This document shows, piece by piece, positions 37,791 through 50,659 of a stretch of DNA of 64,000 nt. The stretch spans positions 1-64,000 of the forward strand of contig CAXHJY010000861.1 in NCBI GenBank assembly GCA_964016885.1. The letters are read 5' to 3'. The stretch comes from Eledone cirrhosa (Eukaryota). The notes under the pieces are model-generated. The model had not been told where the DNA came from and did not search any database. It saw only the letters and a list, made by a program, of their open reading frames with translations. The position numbers were made by a program, and so were the translations under genes. The stretch's first letter is position 1. Each line of letters starts with the position of its first letter.

Positions 37791-38394
37791 TTGTACTTCT
37801 TGGAATCAATATTCGTACACAGCTACATGTGTGCATACCACACACACACAGCCATAAATACACTTATGTTAAATATGGTGAATGCTTCTATCAAATTCTA
37901 GATTATACATTAGAACAGTAGTCCCTAACCTTTTGTGCCCCATGGCCCACCTCAACATCTCAAACATTGTTATACCACACTTTTATATAAAGACAGCAAT
38001 GATCAACTATAAAGTGTAAACAAATTGGCGTATGGGTGATGCCAGATGTACAATAACATGTGTGGAGGAGGTGAGACAGGAGTTTCCAACCATTTCTTCC
38101 AAAGTTGCCTTGGTGTAAAGTAATTAGGTAAAACCTGAAGTTTGCGCTTATTAACATCATTTTCAAATTGCTCCCGTGGTGCGTGCGCCCCACGTAAGGA
38201 ATCACTGCATTTGGGGGAGGTGGGGGCGATGTTGAAAACAAGAAACATTAAACAAGGGAAACAACTCCGGCAATTCATTTTAAAGTATTTTGGAATATTT
38301 TCAGCCAACACTGTAGGGTGGACCTTATTGTTATCTCAAGCGGGAACCTAATAGACATGTTTAGATTTTGTTAATTCACGCCAGTTATCGAGTG

Positions 38395-38690
38395 TGCTTA
38401 GCGTTAGGGTTATCGTTAAGATTAGAGTTGAGCTTATGTTAAGGTTTAGGGCTAGGTTTAGGGTTGGTTAGGGTTAAGATTGGAGTTAGGGTTTAGGGTT
38501 ATCGTTAAGGTTACGTTTAGGGTAAGGGTTAGGTTAAGTTTAGAGTTAGGCTTAGGGTTTTGGTTAAGGTTAAGATTAGGGCTAGGTTTAGGGTCTGAGT
38601 TAAATTTGAGTTAAGGCTAGGTTTAGGGTTTGGTTTAAGGTTAGAGTTAAGTATAGGGTTAAGGTTAGAGTAAGGTTTAGGATTAGGGTC
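38395..38690 (+). repeat. Degenerate TTAGGG-like tract (interstitial telomere-like)
   Basis: About 45 variants of TTAGGG/TTAAGG/TTAGAG. Confidence 0.8.
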
Positions 38691-38904
38691 ATAAGTTCCA
38701 TTCTAGACTGCCTTTATTTCACGTCGCTTCAATCCGCTCAATAAGTTGAGTCTGTAATCCAAAGGACCAGCTTCGTCCCACAGAGTATCACGCCGAATCT
38801 CCCTGAGAATTACGTTATGGGTACGTGTCTGTAGAACACTCAATCATACATTAATATCATGGCTGTTCTGTTGATGGAACAACAATATACAGGGTAATGG
38901 GTGA

Positions 38905-39252
38905 GGCACAAGTCCGGGCAAGGTTGTTTGTGGAAGACAAGCAGTCGCCCATGTATACGAGTCTTTCTACGCCACTGATGTTGTCCAAGAGAAAGGCAAT
39001 GGCTGATACAGCTTGACAATAGTGACATCACAACTCATTTCTACACTATATATAAACTATATACAATGTGGTCCAAAGGAAAGGCAATGGCTGATACAGT
39101 TTGATGTCGCAACTGATTTCTACAGCTGAGTGAAGTTGAGCGACGTGAAATAAAGTGTCTTGCTCAAAGACACAACACATCACCCAGCCAGTGAATCGAA
39201 CTCACAACCGCACGATTACAAACCCAGCGCTCTAATCACTAAGCCAGGCGCC
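38905..39252 (-). mobile_element. tRNA-derived SINE (unexpanded relative of 6630-7298), with an internal duplication
   Basis: Reverse complement carries A/B boxes (GGCTTAGTGATT, GAGTTCGATTC) and shares its body with 6630-7298. Confidence 0.78.
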
Positions 39253-39484
39253 TTCATTATAACAATAATAACAGTTTGTGTTGTATTGAGTTGTGTCCCT
39301 TTAATTTCTGATTTAGAACGCAACAGGGTCGGGATTGTCTTTCATAGTTCCGAGGTTGATAAATTAAATAAAAGAGAAACAATTAATTGACAACAATTTT
39401 TAGAACTCGTGTCAAATGTTTAGACAACAATAAATTTCGTTAAAAAAAAACATTCCCTGTAAATATTCAGTGATAAAAAAAAAA

Positions 39485-39740
39485 CTTTGCTACCGGAAGT
39501 AAGGCCTCTGGTCGATAATAAACGAATCCCGCTTTTAAATATCATTGAATAATGTTTTTTTCTTAAACAACTTTAATTATTTCTAATTAGCTTTTTAGTA
39601 TTCTCTACATTAAATATTCTAAAAATAAATTCTAAAACTAAATTAACCTTTAGCAAAAAAATAATAATAATCTCATTAAGAAAGTGACGTCAGAGTGTGG
39701 CGGTGCATTTAAATTTTATGTTTGGCGGTTCTGTTGAGGT
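39485..39740 (+). promoter_or_regulatory. Probable promoter and first exon of the SKA3-like gene: ETS (ACCGGAAGT 39492), CRE (TGACGTCA 39685), CDE-4nt-CHR (GGCGG-TGCA-TTTAAA 39699-39713), E2F-like TTTGGCGG (39721), donor GAG|GTACGT (39738/39739)
   Basis: Motif cluster within a rare stretch of unique non-TE sequence, followed by a canonical splice donor in the same orientation as the downstream exons. The link to those exons is inferred. Confidence 0.6.
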
Positions 39741-40287
39741 ACGTTTATTATTTTAATTTCACAAATATAATAATAATATATATCTACTTAATTATGGAAA
39801 TTATATTGATAGTTATGGCCCAGTATTGGCAATGGCCCTGATTTATTTAATTGTAGGAGTCCAGGATAAATGGGATATTTACGTTTTAATGATAGTTTAC
39901 ATAAGAGAAACCCTATAGTCTATGTTGGCGTGTGGAGGTCATTGAAGGTGACAATGATACTTTAATAATTATTTCTATGATACCATTTCTTAAATGTTCA
40001 ACATATATGTAAATATGACTTACAGAATTAAATTAATTCGTAACTTTGGGGAAATAACCGTAAATTTTGTGAAAAACTCTCAGACTAAAACAGCGAGGGA
40101 CCCCCATCGCTTCTTTTATTTTAATTAGTCGTTCCCGACTTATTTGGTAATTAAATTAGTTGAAAAGATGTGGAAAGACCCACGAAAAAAATTCCCAGCA
40201 GAGAAAACTGGGAAATATTTACAATTATGGCTAAAAGCCATATGTGTATGTTTATGTGTGTAAATTTTAAAGTTACAGACAGATATA

Positions 40288-42608
40288 TCATCATCATCAC
40301 CGTTTTACATCCGTTCTTCCACGCTAGCATGGGTTAGACGGGTTGTCCTGTTGTGGGCAGTGTCTGGTCGTCTGACCATGCCTTGCTCATACAAGAACTG
40401 ATTCTGGCTTGATTTCTACAGCTGGATGCCCTTCCTAACACCAACCTCATTTACAGTGACTGATGGGTGCTTTTTCGTGGCGCCTACATGTACACTTTAC
40501 AGTGTGGGCTGTGTGCTTTTTTGCCGAGGCACCTCCGCGACCACTTTGCAGTGGGAGGGTGTGGGGGCATATTGTCTATATGCTTCAGCTTGTACCCATG
40601 GGAGGTCGGGTACTCTGTATTACTGCGTGACGCCAGAGATCACGGTCGTGTGTCATTGTCTTTGAGATGTGTACTTGGGTAAGGTCGGCTTTTATCACCT
40701 CATCCCAGGTCTTCTTGGGTCTCCCACTCCGCGGTTTCCATTGACTTCTAGTGCTGTGCACCTTTCCATGCAGCTGTCATCCTTCATATGCATCACATGT
40801 CCGTACCAACGCAACCGCCTCTCCTGCACACAGCATTTGATTTCTCTTATGCTCAGTCTCTCTCAGTCTGCCTTTCATTTTGAGGGAGAAGCTTTTTGCA
40901 GCTAGCAGTGGTAGTAGTTCCCTAAACTTCTTCCATCCCGTTCTTACCCTAGTTATTGTACTTTCTGAACACCCACCTCCACTGCTAATTCGGTCACCTA
41001 GGTAGCAGAAGCTGTCTACTGTTTCTACAGAGCCCTCCCAGAGATTGGTGGTACTTGTTTCCTGTGGCTGTTTGCTGCTTGCTGTCTCATCACAGCTGCT
41101 GCATGTGAAGCCTACATTCTTAATTAAGCTTCCTGAGATCCCGCTACATCTCTTGTGTACCCATTGTTTGCATTTGGGGCAGAGAATGGAGTTCCTACCT
41201 ACACCTTTCCTACATACTGAGCAAGGCCATTTCCCTGAGGGGATCTGGGTTCTGTTTTCTCGTCTACTTACAAGGACCTTAGTCTTTGTGATGTTGACTT
41301 TGAGACCCTTTCTTTCTAGTCCCTGCTTCCAAGTTTGGAATTTTTTCTCTAGTTCTACCATTGATTCAGCTATAAGTGCGAGGTCACCTGCATACAGGAG
41401 TTCCCATGGGCATCCGGTCTTAAACTCCTCTGTTATTGCCTGCAGGACTATGATGAACAGGAGAGGGCGAATAACAGAGCCCTGGTGGACACCAACCTGT
41501 ACGCTAAATTCCTCGCTATACTCATTGCTAATCCTAACTTTGCTGACTGCTCCCCTATACATGGCTTGTACAGCTTTCACAAGCCATTCATATACTCCTA
41601 GTTTTCTAAGAGCCCACCAGATTACATCACGTGGAACTCTGTCAAAGGCTTTCTCAAGATCGACGAATGCCAGTTAGAGTGGCTTACTTTTAGCTAGGTA
41701 CTTTTCCTGTAACTGCCTCACAAGGAAGAGGGCATCAGTGGTGCCTCTTCCTGGTACAAACCCAAATTGCATCTCATCTAGTTTCACCCGGTCCCTAATC
41801 AACTGTGTTATAACTCTTTCTGTTACTTTTATGACCTGGTCCATCAGCTTTATACCTCTATAGTTTCCTCTATCTAGTGCATCACCTTTACCTTTGTAGC
41901 AGTTGACAATGATGCTACTGCACCAATCTTTTGGTATGACACCTTCTAGTATTACCTGGTTAACAATACGTGTGGTTATAGTGTGACCTACAGACCCAGA
42001 TTTTTTCAGCATCTCGGCAGCTATACCCGATGGACCGGTTGCCTTCCCCATCTTCATATCTTTGATTGCCTTACTTACTACGCTGCTGCTGACTTGTACT
42101 GCTGGCCCCTCTATAGGGTCTACTTTGGGTAGGGTCTCTTCTCCTCATTTAGTAATCTATCATAATGGCTCTTCCATGCATCTTTCTTCTCAGCACTTCG
42201 GATACACTTCTTTATCATTCCGGATACACTTCTCTCTGACACACTGCCTCGCAATCTTGAACACCTCCTGTTTCTGGTCCTCACGTTGCAAAACATGCTT
42301 GAATTTTCTATCCTCTGCTTCCCTCCCAGCTAAGTATACTTGTCGCCTAGCTTCCCTCTTGGTCTCTATGTAATGTACCCTGCTCCCCCCGTTCTACCAT
42401 TCTTTTCATGCTTGTCTCTTGGCCTTAACTGCCTGATCTATCTTATTGTTCCACCACCAAGTCACTCTCCTCCTGCTTGTGGTCTTACTCCAGCCACAGA
42501 CCTCATCCGTCGCCTCTAGTAAGTTATTTTTTAGGAACTCTCAGTGCTCTTCTACATTGAATGTCTCTATCTGTTCTTTACTGTCGTAGGCGTTGAGTAA
42601 AATATCTT
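40288..42608 (-). mobile_element. RTE LINE family A, 5'-truncated with internal deletions
   Basis: ORFs 41674-42057 and 40777-41580 are near-identical to the copy at 14331. Confidence 0.93.
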
Positions 42609-42854
42609 TATATATATATATTTATTCTTTTTTTCAGCATAAATGGATCAATATTTATTACATAACTTACATGTGTTTCATTAATATGTAAACGATGAAA
42701 ATATTGTTACGAAAGTAAACAGAGCATAGAAATAAATTTGCAGTAGAATAACATAACATGTTTTAAATACATAAATATCATTACAAATGCTTAGATAACA
42801 TTATAAATTGCTCGAGATTCTTTGAGAGAGATATATTCTTTTGATGTTGCAATA

Positions 42855-43305
42855 TTAAAGAAAATATAAAGGAAGGAGTGAACAACGGAACCAACACCAG
42901 AGCAAAAGACAGCAACCAGGGGTACCTGGCGACCCCTCTAATGAGTTTTGAGGCAAGCCAGCAGCGTTGCCTCGGATGATGGCGAGGCTAATGCGCTGGA
43001 ATAACCAAGTACCCTCGCGAGATTCGCCAGTTACCTCTATTAGGCGAGCCGCCAGTGAAGAGAGCAACCTCGCACTCAGCGGCCCGACTCCCCCAAACGT
43101 CTCGAACACCACAGGCTGAAAAATGTAGTTGGCCGACAGATCAGAGTATTTGAGGGTCTTACTGCGCTCGACTGCAGAAGCTGTGGCTCTCGTTCTAACC
43201 GCAGCATCCAGGATGTGGGTTAGTAAGTGACTCCCAGACAAGGCACCTGCCTCTCGAACAGAGGCTCAGGGTAAGACCGTCAGGTCTTTTGCCGTCACTT
43301 GTATG
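42855..43305 (-). mobile_element. CRE-like (restriction-like endonuclease) non-LTR retrotransposon 3' fragment
   Basis: SDGKRPDGLTL (~43265-43300), then K..KYSDLSANYIFQPVVFETFG...TGESREGTWLFQRISLAIIRGNAA. Confidence 0.75.
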
Positions 43306-43384
43306 TACAGATTAAAGTTTAAGCAAAGAATCACTGATTTCACCCTTTTACGGGATCTTCTGAAACTTTTATATATATTTGTGA

Positions 43385-44654
43385 TGCTAAACTCTGCCAG
43401 TTGCAGACTGCACATCATGAGATATCTCGCTCCACAAAGTTCGATCACCAACAGCAGAGTTTAAAGAACAAAGATCAAGTCCAGTCTATGTATTGACATT
43501 GTCAAGCCATAGTTTTTGCTGCCGGCCTCTGCTTCTCTTACCAGCCACCCTTCCTTCCAGACATAATTTACTCACACCACGAGTTGATCTTTTTATATGA
43601 CCGTATAGTTATAGTTCTGTTGACTTGACAATTGATGTAATTGGACTAAGTTTGGTAATGTTGAGCAGCTCACTGATACAGATACGGTCACTGAGCTGCT
43701 TGCCAGTCATAAGTCTTGTGATATGGTTCTGGAATATAGAGAGCTTCTGAAGTGACCTTGTCGTCCAATTAACACAGTCAAGACCATATAACACAACTGG
43801 TAGGATGTAAATATCGAAGATCTTAGCCTTCAAATGATAGGGAACTTGTTTTGATGTTAGTACTTCCTTGTTCTTGTTGAAAGTAACCCAACCTTGAGTG
43901 ATGCGATATTGCGTAGCAGCCACCATTCCATTGTTGTTTGATGATAGTTTGTGACTGAGATATACAAACTCTGTAACTTGAGCAATTTGCTGGTTGTAGA
44001 TTGTGAGTTGGAGATTAACATTGTTTTTATCAGTTGTTATAAACTCCGTTTTGGAGATGTTAATGTGTAAGCCAGCCTCCAGCAAATGTTTGGTCAGTAC
44101 ATTCAGAAAGTCTTGCAGGTCAGTTCTAGAGTAACTCATAATGACCAGATCGTCTGCATAGCTAAGATTTGATAGGATTTTACCTCCTATTTGATTGTCA
44201 GAGGAGCATTCTTCTTCAGTTTGGTAGATAAGTGCAGCTATAACTATACAGGAAAGAAGTGCTGATAGTATACCCCCCTGCTTAACTCCCGTCAAGGTGT
44301 CTATACAGCGTGGAGTTCCCAAATCTGTTTTGATATATGCTGTTGAGTTGGTGTTTCTTTCAGTAGGTTGATGTTAATTGAGGTTTTGTTTAAGAGTTGC
44401 CACAAGTTGGATAGTTTCATGGTGTCAAAAGCTTTTGTGAAGTCAATGAAGGTGATGTGCACAGGGTTGTTGAATTCTATTGATTTCTCAATGATTTGTT
44501 CAATAGTTAGGATCTGCTCTATGGTATCTCTTCCAGGTTGATACGCAGCTTGTGTTTCAGGAAATGCTGCAATTATACTCATGAAAAGCTTGTAAACGTG
44601 ACTGAATAGTCTGATAGGACAATAGTTCCCACAATCAAGTCTGCTACTATTTTT
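43385..44654 (-). mobile_element. Old RTE-clade LINE (family E), 3' part; continues at 49073-49510
   Basis: DCGNY.PI, FIDFTKAFD, GVKQGGILS, YADD, LPVVLYG. The frame KKALIVVLY|KNSSRLDCGNY is continuous across the RTE-B insertion. Confidence 0.85.
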
Positions 44655-47600
44655 CATCATCATCATCATCATTTAACGTCCATCTTCCACGCTAGCATGG
44701 GTTTAGACGGGAAGTGTCCCACGTGAGGCAAGATTGGTTGTCTTGCTCGTATATGACTGTCTGGCAGGTTTTCTACGGCTGGATGCCCTTCCTAACACCA
44801 ACCACGTTTACAGTGTGGACTGGGAGGTTTTTACCGTGTTACCTACACGGCCACATTACAGCGTGGACTGTGTTTTTTTGTTGTGACACCTACATGACCT
44901 CATTTATTTAGGACTGGATGTTGTGGTACCAACATAACTTTACAGAGAAAGGGGTGGAGGAAAGGGTAGTGGGATTGGGGTGTATATTTGGTTAGGAGGT
45001 GCCTACTGACTGTAGGTTTCGCTTTGTACATAGGCAAGGCGGGTCTTCTGTATTACTGCGTAGCGCCAAAGATCATGGTCCAGTGACATTGTCTTAGAGA
45101 AGTGCAAGTGTGAAAGGTCGGAATTTATCAGATCGTCCCAGGTTTTTCTGGGTCTGCCTACTCCGTAGCTTCCATCTATTTTGATCGCCCTGCACTTTTT
45201 TATACAGCTGTCATCTTTCATGCGCATCACGTGACCATACCAACGTAGTCTTCTCTCAAGTAAACAGTATCTGATCCCTCTTATTCCAAATTTTTCACTT
45301 AGTTCATGTATGCTTTACCATTCGTGTATATTACTATTACACATCCAATGGAGCATGCAAGCTTCGTTCCTCTCCAGTTTGTGCAGATCCTCTGCACACA
45401 ATGCCCATGTCTCGCTGCCATGTAACATTGCTGTTCGTATGCAGGCATCATACAGTCTGCCTTTCATTTTTAGAGAGAAACCTTTAGCGGCCAATAGTGC
45501 TATAAGCTCTGTGAACTTTTTCCATCCCTTTCTGACTCTAACTACTGTACTTTCAGAGCACCCTCCCCCACTGCTGATTTTGTCACCCAGGTAACGGAAG
45601 CTGTCCACTATTTCTATAGAACCATCTCTGCAATGGAATGAGTTAGTATTCTGTGGGCACTTGCTGCTACTTATTGCACCAGAGCACCGGCCACATATAA
45701 AATCTATGTTCTTAGTTAGTTTACCTGATTCCACTACATCTTTTATGCACCCATACTTTGCATTTGGGACATAAAATGGAGTTTCTGTCTACTCCTTTCC
45801 TACACACTGAGCATGGCCATTTCCCAGAGGGGACCAGTGCCCTATTTTCCTTCCTACATACTAGAACTTTAGTCTTAGACAAGTTAATGTTAAGGCCTTT
45901 TGATTCTAGGCCATGCTTCCAAGTTTGGAATTTCTTTAGTTCAGCCATTGATTCAGCTATGAGCGTTAGATCATCTGCGTATAGAAGTTCCCATGGGCAG
46001 CCGGTCTTGAACTCCTCTGTTATAGCCTGAAGGGCAATAATAAATAGGAGGTGGCTAAGGACAGAGCCCTGATGAACACCAACTTTTACGCTAAATTCTT
46101 CACTATATTCGTTGTTAATTCTAACCTTGCTGACTTTCTTTATACATGGCTTGTATAGCTCTCACAAGCCATTCATCAACACCTAGTTTTCTAAGAGCCC
46201 ACCAGATAATGGCGTGGGGGACTCTGTCAAAGGCTTTCTCCAAGTCAACAAAAGCTAAGTATAGGGGTTTACTTTTAGCTAGGTACTTCTCCTGTAGTTG
46301 TCGTACAAGGAAAAGAGTGTCTGTGGTACTTTTACCTGACACAAACCCAAGCTGCATTTCGTCTAGATCAATTTGCTCTCTGATTAGTTGCGCTATAACT
46401 TTTTCTGTGACCTTCATGACCTGGTCGATTAATTTAATACCTCTATAGTTTCCTCTATCTAGTGCATCTCCTTTACCCTTGTAGCAGTTAATGATCATGC
46501 TGCTACGCCAGTCATTTGGTATGACCCCATTCTGTATGACTTGGTTTACTATCCGGGAGACCATAGTGTGTCCCACCGATCCAGATGCTTTCAACATTTC
46601 AGCAACTATCTCCGAAGACCCAGCTGCTTTGCCTGTCTTCATATCTTTGATTGCCTTACTTATTATACTATCTTCAACTTGAACCGCTGGTCCCTCTATT
46701 GGATCAATTTGGGGCAGACTTTCTTTTTCCCACTTATTCTTTAGTAGCCTCTCGTAGTGACGCTTCCAAGCTACCTTCTTATCAGTATCAGTGATGGCAA
46801 GTATACCACCATCATTACGGACACACTTTTCCCCGACAATATCACGGTTTTCCTTGACATATTGTCTAGCAATCCTGAACACCTCACATATTTGGTCCTC
46901 GCGTTGTAGAACATGCTTGAACTTTCTTTCCTCTGCTTCCCTTGCAAAGTACACTTGTCTCCTAGCTTCCCTCCTGGCCACTTGATAGTGTTCTCTACTT
47001 CCACCCTTCCCGCCATGCTTTCCAAGCTTGCTTTTTGGCCTTGATTGACTCCTCCACCTTACTGTTCCACCACCATGTTACTCTCCTCCTGCCTATAGGT
47101 CAGCTCCAGCCACAGATTTCATCTGGTGCCTTCAGCAGGTTAACTTTCAGGAATTCCCACTGTTCCTCTATATTGTACATCTCTAATTGCTCTTCCTTAC
47201 TGTCAAAAACATCAAGTAGTATGCTTTTAAATTTGTTACTGGCTGTGGGGTCCTTTAACTTCCATATTCTTCTTCTCAGGGTAGTCCTCTTCTGTTGTCG
47301 AGTACGTCTAGTCCTGACTATGAGGTCACTAACTATGAGGCTATGTTGGGAGGTGCATTCTTTGCGGGGGAGGGATTTACAACCAACACTTTGTCACATC
47401 TTCTGGTAAGGATATAATCTATCTGACTGGCGTGGTCCCCTGATCTATAGGTGATCGTTTTTTGAAGTTTGTGTTACAGCTAGTTAGGTTATTTGCATCA
47501 CAGAATTCCAGGATTCTGGAGCCTTCCTCATTTCTAGTATCAAACCCATAGCCTCCATGGATTCCGTCATAGCCGTCACAGTGTTGGCCAACATGACCAT

Positions 47601-49072
47601 TTAGGTCGCCAGCAATAATTATGTAGTCACTGTCAGTTATTTGGGAGGTAGTGAGCATTAGCGACTCATAGAATCTGTCTTTTATAACGCCAGGCAGTTC
47701 AGATTGGGTGCGTAAGCAGATATTATTGTCACAGTAGTTCTATTTAGGACAAGTCTTATTTTAATTATTCTGTCGTTGACTCTGTTTATGTTGATTACCT
47801 TATCTACCCATTTTTCTGCTAACATAATTCTTACTCCACCCAGCCCATTTTCATTTCCCACCCAGAAAAGTTTATAACATCGTTTTTTACCCACAATGAA
47901 TCTAGCAGACCCACCCCTCCACCTAGTCTCTTGGACGCAACAAGCATCAACTTCCTTACGTTCAAGCATCTCTACAACCTCGTTAGAGTGACCTTTTAAA
48001 GTGGCTACATTCATGGTACCAACTCTGAAGTTTTGGATTTCATTTGACGGGTGGCAGGGATGGGTTGGAGGTGTAGGAAGGGGTGAGGGTGATGGGGTTA
48101 TGTTTGCCATCCGCGTCTGAAATAAAGTGGAATCCTTGCATTTTCGTCCGGCCACATGAGGTGAATTTATCTTTATCTTTGACATTGTCATTTGAGTGTC
48201 CAGATTCTTCGTACTCTCCAGGATTCCACAGTCCATCTAGCATATCAAAGGCAACCAGGTTTAAACTTAAGGAGTGAATAGCCGGGGCGGTGGTTTTGTG
48301 TAAGAGATTGGTAAGAGAGACGTATAAGCCGCTGAATTATGATTGGACCATCTAATAATGGTGGTGAGTGGGGGCGGGGGGAGGGATATGGGGAAGTTAA
48401 CTAGAAGGTTATTTTTTTAAATCTAAACCTATAAACGAACATATAACAGTAATCACTGTTTAAATACAAGAAGGTTATTAAACGAACGTATAACAGTAAT
48501 CAGAGTTTAAATATAAGATTTTTTTTGAGGGTCTGACAGAATTAACGAATAAAATTGAAAGCTTGGATTCTAAGTAAATGGACCGTGTAAAAACATAGAG
48601 AGAGACAAGAAAATGGCTTAAATACATCACATTTCTCAAACGTCCCTTCAACAGGGATGAAGATTCGAAGAATTCTGAAATTTTTTACGACCGACAGGTT
48701 CATTTTATACTTGCTAAGAGAGAGAGAGGGAGGCATGTAGGCTTATAGACAATGGGGGTACAGAGTAGAGGAGAAGAAGAAGGAAGAATGTTCCCCAAAA
48801 AGTTGGTTATTTTTTTTTTAATCTAAACCTATAAACGGACGTATAACAGTAATCAGTGTTTAAATACGAGAAGGTTATTAAACGAACGTACAACAGTAAT
48901 CAGAGTTTAAATACAAGAAGATTGTTTTTGAGGGTCTGACAGAATTAACGAATAAAATAGCTTGGATTCTAAGTAAATGGACCATGTAAAACAGAGAAAG
49001 AGACAAGAAAATGGCTTAAATACAATTACATTTCTCAAACGTCCCTTCGGCAGGGATGAAGATTCAAAGGAT
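44655..49072 (-). mobile_element. RTE LINE family B, apparently full length (decayed ORF ~48236-45003) with a repeated putative 5' UTR
   Basis: APE N-terminus (RVGTMNVATLKG, CCVQETRW), RT, PHD and (GAT)n tail. Boundaries are set by the interrupted host family E reading frame. Confidence 0.88.
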
Positions 49073-50185
49073 GTAGAGTACAACTATCAATGCTTTCTTG
49101 AACATGTTTGGGCTTTTCCTGTAGTGATAATACAGTTAAAGAAATGTTGAAGTGCTTTGATAATTGGTTCACCTCCAGCTTTGATGAATTCTGAGTATAT
49201 GTTGTCGAGTCCAGGGCTTTTACCTCGCTTCAAATTTTTGATGGCATGAGATATTTCGCTACCTAAGATAGATGGAATGGCATCTGATGTCGAATCATGA
49301 ATGGTTGTTGGTTCTGAGTTACTGAAGTACAGCTCTTCATAGAATTTAACCCAGAGTTCAAGGATATCATCTTTGGAAGTAAGGATAATATCGTTTGAAT
49401 CTTTAATGCCCCAGTTAAGATTTCTTGGTTTAGTCTTTAGTCTCTTCAGAACAGCATGATATAACCTGTTGGGTGGTAGGTTATTCAGCTCCTCAATGTT
49501 GTACATTTGCTTAAGTTTCTGATTGGTGACTTTAACTGCAAAATTGGGCAACTGAACGAATCATTCCCATCAAGTACTGGGAAATATACCACAGGTACAT
49601 TTAACTCGAGAGACTAGCTTTTAGCCCAATTTTGTACGAGGAACAATATGCAGATCACCAACACAATATTTCAAAAGAAAAACCTCTTCACTTGGATATC
49701 ACCAGACAGTATAACTAAGAATCAAATAGACTTTATAATAGCAAGAAAATCTTCAGCAAAACTAAGCATATTAGACAGCACTGCTCTTAACACTCCTGAT
49801 ATATCTGACCATCGTATGGTGGGCACGAGATTTCGCATCAACTTTGTTTGGCCACAAAGAACTAAAATACCTTCGAAAGTTAACTTAGATAAACTCTCGT
49901 GTAACGAAACAGCAAGCCTATTTAAACTCGAGTTGTAAAACTGCTTTTCAGCTTTGCAATCTGATGAAAATTCTGACAAGATTTATGATGCTATCTGCAG
50001 AGGCATAAAAGAGGTATCTGAAGAGATTTTACCTTTCCATCCCACAATGGATGTCACAACAAACAAAGAAAGCAATATCTGAAAAACATAGAATCAGAAG
50101 AGAATGTGGCCACACATCAGCCCAATATAGAATAGCAAAGGCTGAATAAAAAAAACTCATTAAATCAGACAAACTTAAGCAAATT
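49073..50185. mobile_element. Family E LINE 5' part: sense piece 49073-49510 (-) plus inverted piece ~49525-50185 (+)
   Basis: (-) KSPGLDNIYSEFIK. (+) TNTIFQKK..TWISPD..KNQIDFII..SDHRMV...KSDKLKQI. Confidence 0.8.
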
Positions 50186-50257
50186 TTATATATATATAAT
50201 CCTTATCGAGCCCTCTTCAGATTTTAGTCTTCACATTTATTATTACTATATATATAA

Positions 50258-50626
50258 GGCACATGGCTTAGTGGTTAGAGCATTGGCCTTGCAATCTAAA
50301 GGTTGTGAGTTCAATTCTCAGACTGGGTGATGTGTTGTTTCCTTGAGCAAGATACTTTATTTCACATTGCTCCAGTTTACTCAGCTGTAGAAATGAGATG
50401 ATAGGACTGGGGTCCCTATCATTCCACTGCAAAGTGGTCGTGGAGGTGCCACGGCTAAAAAAGCACCCAGCTCACGCTGTAAAGTGGACATGTAGGCGCC
50501 ACGGAAAAAAAGCACCCAGCACTCACTGTAAATGAGGTTGGTGTTAGGAAGGGCATCCAGCTGTAGAAATCAAATTCCCGTCCCACCCTTGCAAGCAGGG
50601 AAAAGTGGATGTAAAATGATGATGAT
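50258..50626 (+). mobile_element. tRNA-derived SINE with a chimeric RTE-A/RTE-C tail
   Basis: Head matches 29416. 50422-50572 matches the RTE-A UTR. 50577-50626 matches the RTE-C terminus (reverse complement of 55021-55078 and 53606-53650). Confidence 0.85.
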
Positions 50627-50659
50627 ATTGTTATATATATATATATATATATATATAAT

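Noticed and set aside
37960-38351. ORFs in unique sequence as exons of a divergent gene
   Set aside because: No convincing splice pairs and no recognisable protein motifs.
50200-50225. Minus-strand CTGAAGAGGGC as a hammerhead
   Set aside because: Only the 5' half of a core is present.
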